Assembly: GCA_002788675.1 (NCBI GenBank)
Contig: PFRS01000005.1
Location: forward strand, 131,731-195,730
Length of the DNA stretch: 64,000 nt
Direction: 5' to 3'
DNA from: Candidatus Pacebacteria bacterium CG_4_9_14_0_2_um_filter_40_15
Lineage (GTDB): Bacteria; Patescibacteriota; Microgenomatia; UBA1400; PJMF01
Shown: positions 56,572-64,000 of the stretch, in pieces
Layout of the letters: the number at the start of each line of letters is the position of its first letter
Numbering within the stretch: the first letter of the stretch is position 1
Notes under the pieces: model-generated
What the model was told of the DNA's origin: nothing
Database searches by the model: none
The model's input: the letters and a program-made list of their open reading frames with translations, nothing else
Translations under genes and position numbers: made by a program

Positions 56572-58212
56572 TTGCTTCAAGCCGTGAAAAAAAAATTCTT
56601 CTCCAATATTATCAAAATTGACAAAATTTTAGACAGACAATGGCCACTTTTTGTTGCCTTAGTCCTTATGGTAGTGCTACGTATCCCAAATCTTACCGAA
56701 CCATATTGGTATGGTGATGAAGGTATCTATCTCACTCTTGGTCAGTCAATGAATAAAGGTCTCACACTCTACAAAGATATCATTGATCACAAAACACCAA
56801 TCATTTATTTCTTGGCAGAAACACATACACAACTTAACTTTCGACTGCTCCTTATTGGCTGGATGTTAGCTACAACTACTGCATTTTATTACGTTGCCAG
56901 AACTCTCTTTAAAAACCGCGCGATACCTACTTTTTTTGCTACCATTCTTTTTGTCATAGCAACCACACTTCCTTCTTTTGAAGGTAATATCCCAAATGGT
57001 GAACTTTTTGTGATGGGGTTTATCTTGGTTGGTATGTTATTGCTGATGCAAACCAACTATGTGCAACAACTTCTCTATCCAAAAAAAGCAACAAAAAAAG
57101 AAAATTGGCTGCTCTATTTGCTCTCTGGTTCATTTTTATCTCTTGGAGTGTTAACAAAAGTGCCTGCTATTTTTGACGTTGCTGCTGTTTTTGGATTTGG
57201 CTACTTCGCAACAACAAATGCTTTTTTTACTCAGAAAATGAGATCTTTTCAAGAAGCATTTCATATTTTTAAAAGAAATGTTCCAGTGTGGATTTTGTTG
57301 GTAGTTGGATTAATCATTCCCGTACTTATTTCAATCTTCTACTTTGTGTCAAAAGGTGCTGGCCAAGAGTACTTAGATTTCGGTCTGCTCTATAACTTTA
57401 GGTACGCTGGAAGTTGGCAGCTGCCATTTACGAATCGACTGTTACTCTTCTTCTTTACCCTACCTGGAAAAGTAGTAGTCATGGCGGCTCTGACACTGAT
57501 CCTGACCCTAGGTAAAAAATATATTTCACCTACATACCAATTTATTTTATTCTGGTTTGGTCTATCGCTCTTTGCTAGTTTGCTATCAAATCGACCCTAC
57601 CCTCATTACTACCTTCAAATTGCTCCAGCACTTGCACTACTGCTCTCTGGAACTGTATATGAGGCTTTTCTTGCAGTATTTTCAAAAGCAGCTAGAACCT
57701 CAAAAAATATTCTCGGACCACTTATTGGACTTGTCTCAATAACAATGTTTATAGCAATACTGTTACTTATCGATGTACACCCATATCCAACGGTAAAGTA
57801 CTACACAACATTTATTCAACTCGCACAAGGCAAAATAAGCGCTGCAGAATATAATCAACGATTTGATGTACACATGAAAGACAATTATGCAGCAGTTGAA
57901 GTAATGCAGCAGTGTCCTGATGATCATCTCTTTATTTGGGGAACAAATCCTATGCTCTATGCATTAGCCGACAGAATTCCAACAGGACGATTTACTGTTT
58001 CATTCCATATTAAAGATTTTGACGCGTATGATGAAACATTTGCAGATCTGGTAGAAGACCATCCAAGCTTTATAGTTGTTATGAATGATGAGAACTCTGA
58101 GTTTCCACAGTTCTACGAGTATCTTGAAAAGGAATATACACAAACGCCAGTGAAGTTTGACAATTTCCAGCTCTGGAATAAAATAAACTGCACTGTAGGA
58201 GACTCTCAGTAG
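56572..58212 (+). CDS. GT-C-fold membrane glycosyltransferase (ArnT/PMT-like)
   Basis: About 12 TM helices; first-loop 'YWYGDEGIY'. Confidence 0.45.
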   Translation: MLQAVKKKFFSNIIKIDKILDRQWPLFVALVLMVVLRIPNLTEPYWYGDEGIYLTLGQSMNKGLTLYKDIIDHKTPIIYFLAETHTQLNFRLLLIGWMLATTTAFYYVARTLFKNRAIPTFFATILFVIATTLPSFEGNIPNGELFVMGFILVGMLLLMQTNYVQQLLYPKKATKKENWLLYLLSGSFLSLGVLTKVPAIFDVAAVFGFGYFATTNAFFTQKMRSFQEAFHIFKRNVPVWILLVVGLIIPVLISIFYFVSKGAGQEYLDFGLLYNFRYAGSWQLPFTNRLLLFFFTLPGKVVVMAALTLILTLGKKYISPTYQFILFWFGLSLFASLLSNRPYPHYYLQIAPALALLLSGTVYEAFLAVFSKAARTSKNILGPLIGLVSITMFIAILLLIDVHPYPTVKYYTTFIQLAQGKISAAEYNQRFDVHMKDNYAAVEVMQQCPDDHLFIWGTNPMLYALADRIPTGRFTVSFHIKDFDAYDETFADLVEDHPSFIVVMNDENSEFPQFYEYLEKEYTQTPVKFDNFQLWNKINCTVGDSQ

Positions 58213-58213
58213 T

Positions 58214-58582
58214 ATGTCTGAACAAAAGCCGAAAATGTCACGTCTCAAAAAAAACTTGCCAGACGGGGTATCAACACCATTTATCTTGATTCAGGTTCTT
58301 GCTCTAGTGACGTGCGGTTTTGCTCTAGCTGGTTACTTTTTCTTACCACCACAAATCCCTCTTTTTTATTCTTTAGCACTTTCTAGCCAGCAACTTACAA
58401 CCAAAGAGTTTATTTTTGTTTTGCCAGGATTGTCAGTACTCTTTGGCATACTCAATAGCGTGTTGATCTTACGCTTACAAAAATATGATGTTCTCCTGAT
58501 TCGCCTATTTAGCTGGATAACTGTAGTGTGTATAGCACTGCTCTTATTTTCTCTTATTAGAATACTGTACATTGTGATCTAA
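58214..58582 (+). CDS. Small membrane protein
   Basis: 122 aa, 3-4 hydrophobic helices. Confidence 0.3.
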   Translation: MSEQKPKMSRLKKNLPDGVSTPFILIQVLALVTCGFALAGYFFLPPQIPLFYSLALSSQQLTTKEFIFVLPGLSVLFGILNSVLILRLQKYDVLLIRLFSWITVVCIALLLFSLIRILYIVI

Positions 58583-58584
58583 CT

Positions 58585-59643
58585 ATGTGGGCTCTACTAA
58601 CATCATTCATCACAGCACTGCTTATCGCACCGCTTACAATAGCTGTGTATACAAAGCAAGGTTGGGTAGATAACCCAAAAGTAGATTCGCACATTAAGAA
58701 AACTCACACCATGCCAGTGCCTAGAGGCGGTGGAATAGTAATCTTTGGTGCCTTTCTGATTAGTACGCTGCTCTTCCTCCAATTTGATAAACACCTCATT
58801 GCTATTCTCCTAGCTGCATTACTCTTAACTATAGTTGGCACACTTGATGATATTTTTGACATTAGCCCAAAGATTCGATTAGTTACTGGGCTCATTGCTG
58901 CAGCAGTTGTTGTCGCTTCTGGTATAGGTATTGCCTACGTTACTAATCCATTTGCTCAGGGAGTCATTCATCTTAACCAGCCACAGATTGCACTCTTTGT
59001 CTTTGGAAAAATGAGAACTGTTTGGATTCTTGCAGATATCTTTGCGCTCTTCTTTATTCTCTGGAACATGAATATCGTGAATTGGTCAAAAGGCGTTGAC
59101 GGACAATTACCCAGTTTTGTTTCTGTTGCGATGCTCGTTATTGCGCTCCTATCAAGTCGATTTGTTGATGATCCAACACTCTTTGACACAGCCACTTTTT
59201 CTATGATTATTGCAGGAGCCTATCTGGGTTTATTGGTCTGGAACTGGTATCCTCAAAAAATGATGCCAGGATATGGAGCAGGCTCTCTGGCTGGTTTCTT
59301 TTTAGGAGTCGCTGCAATTATTAGTGGTGCTAAAATTGCTACAGTATTGATTGTTTTGGGTTTACCTACGGCAGATGCGGTCTTCACCATTTTAAGAAGA
59401 CTTTTTAGAAAGAAATCCCCTCTGCTTGGAGATCGAGGTCATTTCCATCATGTACTATTGGATTACTATGGCTACTCAAGAAAACAAATCTCACTTCTAT
59501 ACGTTGCTAGTAGCTTACTACTTGGAGGTGCAGCTCTCTATTTGAATACTGCAGGAAAAATGATTACAATGCTACTAATCTTTACAATTGTTTTCGGCGT
59601 TCACATATACGCTCGAAAAACAAAGAAAGCCAGACGCAGATAA
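58585..59643 (+). CDS. Polyprenyl-phosphate N-acetylhexosamine-1-phosphate transferase family (MraY/WecA/TagO-like)
   Basis: 'VDNPKVDSHIKKTHTMPVPRGGG' (D-P-x-RK-H-x-P-PxxGG), 'LDDIFDI', 'NWSKGVDGQ'. Confidence 0.65.
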   Translation: MWALLTSFITALLIAPLTIAVYTKQGWVDNPKVDSHIKKTHTMPVPRGGGIVIFGAFLISTLLFLQFDKHLIAILLAALLLTIVGTLDDIFDISPKIRLVTGLIAAAVVVASGIGIAYVTNPFAQGVIHLNQPQIALFVFGKMRTVWILADIFALFFILWNMNIVNWSKGVDGQLPSFVSVAMLVIALLSSRFVDDPTLFDTATFSMIIAGAYLGLLVWNWYPQKMMPGYGAGSLAGFFLGVAAIISGAKIATVLIVLGLPTADAVFTILRRLFRKKSPLLGDRGHFHHVLLDYYGYSRKQISLLYVASSLLLGGAALYLNTAGKMITMLLIFTIVFGVHIYARKTKKARRR

Positions 59644-59644
59644 C

Positions 59645-60601
59645 ATGTCAATAGCATTACTCATCGGCATTATTAAAACAGCTAGACCTCAACAATGGTT
59701 AAAAAACATTGCTGTATATGCTGCATTGGTCTTTTCTGGCTTTTTCTTTTATGATCCAGTTGATGCTCCATCCTATTTCATGACTGTCAGTTATGCTTTC
59801 TTTATTTTTTGTATACTTACTTCAAGTATCTACTACATAAATGACATTGTTGATGTCGAAGCTGACAAAAAACACCCTTTCAAGAAAAAAAGACCAATCG
59901 CATCTGGTATTCTTTCAAAAAAATTAGCCATGGTCATAGCTATACTTGGTTTAGCAACAGCATTTATACTCTCACTACAACTTTCATTTTTCTTTCAGTT
60001 ACTTGTTGTTGGCTATGCTGTTTTGCAATTTTGGTACTCAACTAAGCTTAAGCACATTCCCATTCTGGATATCAGCACTATCGCTACAGGATTTTTAATC
60101 AGAATTTATGCAGGTTCAGTCGTTGTTAATCTACACATGAGTGTGTGGTTTCTACTTACCGTTATCTCGGCATCACTCTTTCTAGCAGTTGGTAAACGTC
60201 AAAGTGAAAGAACACTGCTTCAGGGAAATTCTGGATCAGTAGGTGAAACAAGAAAAATATTAACACGTTACTCTCAGAGACTTTTGGACCAATATACTGG
60301 AATGTTTGCTATGGCAACATGGCTCACCTATGCCCTCTTTGCCTTTCAAAATGAAATTAGTCCACCTGATTCATTTTATGCAGACGTGTATGGCTCACTT
60401 CCAAAAGCACTTCATAGCCAAAAACTACTTATGCTTTCCGTGCCTTTGGTAATCTTTGGTGTAATGCGTTACTTACAACTCATTTATGAGAGCAATCAAG
60501 GAGAATCGCCTGAAAAAGTACTCATGCAAGATAGACCATTAAAAATTACTGTCGGCATTTTTGGTGCATTAGTAATGGTGATTATATATATACTCACATA
60601 G
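59645..60601 (+). CDS. UbiA-family prenyltransferase, decaprenyl-phosphate phosphoribosyltransferase-like
   Basis: 'YINDIVDVEADKKHPFKKKRPIASG' (NDxxDxxxD + KxRP). Start taken at the ATG at 59645, just after the upstream stop. Confidence 0.55.
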   Translation: MSIALLIGIIKTARPQQWLKNIAVYAALVFSGFFFYDPVDAPSYFMTVSYAFFIFCILTSSIYYINDIVDVEADKKHPFKKKRPIASGILSKKLAMVIAILGLATAFILSLQLSFFFQLLVVGYAVLQFWYSTKLKHIPILDISTIATGFLIRIYAGSVVVNLHMSVWFLLTVISASLFLAVGKRQSERTLLQGNSGSVGETRKILTRYSQRLLDQYTGMFAMATWLTYALFAFQNEISPPDSFYADVYGSLPKALHSQKLLMLSVPLVIFGVMRYLQLIYESNQGESPEKVLMQDRPLKITVGIFGALVMVIIYILT

Positions 60602-60610
60602 AAGTAACCT

Positions 60611-62002
60611 ATGCACCGTGAATTTTTTACCAAAAATTATGTTACCTTACTCATTGCAATTTTATTTTTTGCTTTTTTTTCTCGTATCTATCAGCTACAT
60701 ATCCCAGAGAGATATATATTTGATGAGGTCTACCACGCAGTCACTGCTAAATTAATTGCTCAAAATGACCCAAGAGCATTCGAGTGGTGGAATCCACCTC
60801 CAGAAACAGATACTGCTATTGATTGGCTTCACCCTCCACTTGCTAAATATACTCAGGCACTGTCTATGAACATATTTGGTGAAAATGCATTTGCATGGAG
60901 ACTAAGTTCTGCTCTCTTTGGAGTAGCAGTAATTTTTCTTGTCGCAGTACTTAGTTTAAGACTTACCAAAGATCATAGTCTTTCACTACTTGCTGCACTA
61001 GTGGCGTCACTTGATGGGCTGTTACTAGTCATGTCTCGAATTGCTATGAATGATATTCATGTCACCTTTGCTGTCTTACTCACCTTAGTTTTTTACTTAA
61101 GGACAAAACCATTTGAAACAAAAACAATAACTGGCGTTTCTTACCCGAGCTATCTTCTTACCGGCATCATGGCTGGAGTTGCTATTGGTACAAAATGGTC
61201 AGGCATATTTGTGCTTGGTATTATTTATTTTTATGAAGCTTTACAACTTGTTGATTTACTCGCAACATCATTTCAAAAGAAATCACTAAAAAAAGAATTT
61301 TCTAAGTATGCTACCCAAATAGCATTACTCGTTCTCTTCTTCTGTATTGTTCCAATTATAGTGTACATATTCAGTTACTCGCAGATGTTCTTACAAGGCA
61401 AAGACTTTAATCACTTTATCGAGTTACATAAACAAATATGGGCGTATCAAAGCAGCTTGGTTGCTACTCATGATTATCAGTCAACTCCAATTGACTGGTT
61501 ACTCAATAGAAGACCGGTCTGGTTCCACGTTGTATATGAGCCAGGAAAACGGGGAGATATCTATGCACACGGGAATTCAATACTGCTATGGAGCGGCCTA
61601 GCAGCTATCATTGCACTTTCGCTGCGTACACTCAAAAAAATTCTTAACATAACTGAATCCAAGATACCAATCAAAACCTTACTCAAGATACTAAGAGCTC
61701 CTATGGTATTTACCTTAGTAAGCTACTTCTCAATGTGGATTGTGTGGACCAACTCTCCTAGAATCATGTTCTTCTACCACTATACGCCTGCAATTCCGTT
61801 CTTAAGTATCATCCTTGCTTACTTCCTTGTGCGCCTCTATCGCTTAGGGGAAATACATCAACCAGCCAGCAAGGCTATCAGCATTACCATAGTTGGACTA
61901 GCCATACTCTACTTTCTTATTTTCATCCCCCATTGGCTTGGTATTCCTGTTAGAGCTGCCTTTGTTGAAGGTGTGTATTTTATGTTTGATAGTTGGAAAT
62001 AA
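60611..62002 (+). CDS. GT-C-fold glycosyltransferase (PMT_2 / GT39-like)
   Basis: 'YIFDEVYHAVTA' (DE motif of the PMT family); polytopic. Confidence 0.5.
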   Translation: MHREFFTKNYVTLLIAILFFAFFSRIYQLHIPERYIFDEVYHAVTAKLIAQNDPRAFEWWNPPPETDTAIDWLHPPLAKYTQALSMNIFGENAFAWRLSSALFGVAVIFLVAVLSLRLTKDHSLSLLAALVASLDGLLLVMSRIAMNDIHVTFAVLLTLVFYLRTKPFETKTITGVSYPSYLLTGIMAGVAIGTKWSGIFVLGIIYFYEALQLVDLLATSFQKKSLKKEFSKYATQIALLVLFFCIVPIIVYIFSYSQMFLQGKDFNHFIELHKQIWAYQSSLVATHDYQSTPIDWLLNRRPVWFHVVYEPGKRGDIYAHGNSILLWSGLAAIIALSLRTLKKILNITESKIPIKTLLKILRAPMVFTLVSYFSMWIVWTNSPRIMFFYHYTPAIPFLSIILAYFLVRLYRLGEIHQPASKAISITIVGLAILYFLIFIPHWLGIPVRAAFVEGVYFMFDSWK

Positions 62003-62063
62003 TTGCTTTATTGCTATTTTTACATATTTTGATATACTCAGAAAAAATACCTGAAAGGTCAAG

Positions 62064-62519
62064 ATGGCTTATTGGATGGAAGGGTTCAAAGATCCCGCAA
62101 TTGCTGAAGAAGCACATAAAATTGGTGAAGATGCTGCTGTATATTTTTTTATTTCAGCACTTATTTATGATTTGAAGAAGTTGCCGGAAGATAGGGAACT
62201 ATCTCCAAATCGACCCATTGATTTGTATAACGCAACCGGTGTACTCGGAGAAATTCCAATTGAGGCAACAGAACACCTAGATGCTGTTGTTGAACAACTC
62301 GTTCCTGCGCTTGAAAAGTGTATTGCCGATGGCACCATTTCTGCCAGAATTTCAATTGATGTTTTACTTGCTACTCTTCTTAATGGACTAAACCACGGAT
62401 TTATAAGAGAACATGCCGGATCAGCAGAATACCCTTGGTTTGAAGGCCAACGAAAAATTGCAGCAACACTTGCAGCGGGTATTTCTGCGAATGAAAACTC
62501 AGCTACGATAAATCAGTAA
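62064..62519 (+). CDS. Hypothetical protein
   Basis: 151-aa ORF. Confidence 0.3.
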   Translation: MAYWMEGFKDPAIAEEAHKIGEDAAVYFFISALIYDLKKLPEDRELSPNRPIDLYNATGVLGEIPIEATEHLDAVVEQLVPALEKCIADGTISARISIDVLLATLLNGLNHGFIREHAGSAEYPWFEGQRKIAATLAAGISANENSATINQ

Positions 62520-64000
62520 GAAACGCAAGTTCCCTGATCTCACGCATGACGGTAATTATAAGTGATTTGAGCTCTTCAACTTCAGATTGAGAAATCACAA
62601 AGTGACGCTCAACTATTTTTCCTGATTCTGTAGGCTCTACAAACTCAAAGACTGTATCTTGAACCGTGTATGGAAAACTTGTATCTAATTGCGCCAACAG
62701 CACATAAAAAACCAGTTGCCTTTTATATGCACCTCTAATTGACTCAGGTAATGTTTGTTCACGCTCAGATAAATTCTTAAGTGCAACCTGAGTTGCTGCC
62801 TCAATCTCGTTTTCACTTTTACTTTTACCTGTTTTGTAGTCAACAAGCCGAACTGTCTTGCGTACTGAATCAAGGATGTCTATTCTATCTAGGCGACCAC
62901 TCAAAAAAATTTGACTTGATCCATCCATCAGAACAGCCTTACCAAATGTACCTCCAAAGAAACGTTCGGTAAAAAGAGGCTTTGCCAAGTTCGAGCTATG
63001 TTGGCTATGATAGGCATCGAGTGCCTCCAGACCTCGTCCTTTCCAAACATCAAAATCTACATCAGGTAGTGATTCTTTTTTCAAATGCTCTGTAAAAATC
63101 TGCTGTAAATCAAGCACTGTTATTTTTGAAACACCCTTTGTTGCATCTACGTCTTTGTAGTATTTTTCTAGAGCTGCATGCATTGCGGTACCATAGCTCA
63201 TATGAGGTGCTTTTGCCCGTGGGACGCGCAATAATGAATTAAAGACAAACTCTTTCGGATCCTTTAGATAGGTATTGAGTGCCGTAACAGAGAGTACAAA
63301 ATCTGCAACAAGAGAAGCATAAAAATCTTTTTCTGAATCACCAATTGGTCTAGCTGAACTCACCATCGGAGTATTAATTTTCTGTTCAACAACTGTACTT
63401 AACTTTTCAGTAAAGGTCTCTGGAAATGATGTTAGCTGATCAGAGACTTCAGAAACAAACATACTCTTAATAAACGTTCTCACCGCTTTCCCATCAATTT
63501 CAGATGCAGCATATGATAGAAAGGTTTTAAGTTTGGCACGGGTAAGGGCTACATAAAAAAGTCTTCTATCCTCTTCATCATCTTGCTGTTTTGTAGAATC
63601 AACATGCTTAAGAATACCTTGAGGCAGAGGAAGTAGATTTCTCTTCCGGGTATTTCCCCACTTTTTATCCCGAAGAGCAAGAACAAAGACATAGTCCCAT
63701 TCTTGGCCTTTTGCTTTATGCACACTACAAAGTGTAACTCTATCAGTCGTAGTTTTCAGTGCTTGAGTCTTTATAATTATGCCATGTTCAATCATGGTGA
63801 TCACAGCAAAGAGAAAATCCTGAATGTTGAAATCTCTTGATTTGGCAATCCATTTTTTAACTTCTGTAAAAAGTGAATTAAGAGTAAGTAACTGTTCTTT
63901 TTTATCGGCATGCTTAACTAGCCATGAATAAAAACCCAATCCTTCATCAGAAATAAGCAGCTCAAACCAGGCGTGAAACTGCATGTTTGCTGCACGGGCT
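62503..64000 (-). CDS. UvrD/PcrA-like helicase C-terminal region fused to a RecB-family PD-(D/E)xK nuclease domain; N-terminus outside the window
   Basis: 'CSVHKAKGQEWDYVFV' (helicase motif VI), 'FYVALTRAK', nuclease 'VDYKTGKS'. Frame is open to the window end. Confidence 0.55.
   Translation of the reverse strand, partial: ARAANMQFHAWFELLISDEGLGFYSWLVKHADKKEQLLTLNSLFTEVKKWIAKSRDFNIQDFLFAVITMIEHGIIIKTQALKTTTDRVTLCSVHKAKGQEWDYVFVLALRDKKWGNTRKRNLLPLPQGILKHVDSTKQQDDEEDRRLFYVALTRAKLKTFLSYAASEIDGKAVRTFIKSMFVSEVSDQLTSFPETFTEKLSTVVEQKINTPMVSSARPIGDSEKDFYASLVADFVLSVTALNTYLKDPKEFVFNSLLRVPRAKAPHMSYGTAMHAALEKYYKDVDATKGVSKITVLDLQQIFTEHLKKESLPDVDFDVWKGRGLEALDAYHSQHSSNLAKPLFTERFFGGTFGKAVLMDGSSQIFLSGRLDRIDILDSVRKTVRLVDYKTGKSKSENEIEAATQVALKNLSEREQTLPESIRGAYKRQLVFYVLLAQLDTSFPYTVQDTVFEFVEPTESGKIVERHFVISQSEVEELKSLIITVMREIRELAFLTDLS

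Noticed and set aside
59588-59644. 5' extension of the UbiA-family ORF overlapping the MraY/WecA-like gene
   Set aside because: An internal ATG at 59645 lies immediately after the upstream stop and gives a normal N-terminus ('MSIALLIGII'). The overlap is probably an ORF-caller artefact.

Overview
The window is a 64 kb, low-GC, densely coding bacterial sequence. Its gene content (minimal 492-aa MetRS, many small membrane proteins, GT-C glycosyltransferases, T4SS parts, DGR with Avd) suggests a small-genome, possibly CPR/Patescibacteria-like organism; this taxonomic guess is inference only.

The first ~32 kb is accessory/mobile DNA:
- Conjugative/T4SS parts: a 5'-partial VirD4-like coupling ATPase, a replication-relaxation protein, an ArdC-like protein, and a VirB2-like/VirB6-like/VirB3-like/VirB4/M23-peptidase operon.
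- A diversity-generating retroelement (DGR) embedded among these, read on the minus strand: avd (15947-15606), template repeat TR (15572-15455), a reverse transcriptase with the DGR-type 'IGNLTSQ' motif 4, then a 1525-aa target gene (11613-7036). The variable repeat VR (10579-10462) lies in the target's FGE/C-type-lectin-fold domain and shows the adenine-specific substitution signature. The RT is split by a 748-bp IS1595-family insertion (TIRs and 7-bp TSD visible). An AbiEi/AbiEii toxin-antitoxin pair sits between RT and target, and a MacB/FtsX ABC exporter is co-oriented directly after the target.
- A four-gene KAP-NTPase / unknown / QueC-like / TatD locus (21.4-26.3 kb) that matches the QatABCD antiphage system architecture.
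- Three near-identical 71-bp direct repeats plus one degenerate copy (27.2-30.6 kb) that punctuate cassette-like genes: PLD nuclease, an unknown, Fic, HIT.

The second half holds:
- an orphan kinase-like/DPPY methyltransferase fusion;
- a double ATP-grasp ligase + SAM methyltransferase + S51 peptidase cluster;
- assorted hydrolases, an MsbA-like ABC exporter and RmuC;
- metG-tatD;
- an envelope glycosylation cluster (GT2, two GT-C, MraY/WecA-like, UbiA/DPPR-like);
- a 5'-partial UvrD-helicase/RecB-nuclease at the window end.

No rRNA, tRNA or CRISPR array was recognised.
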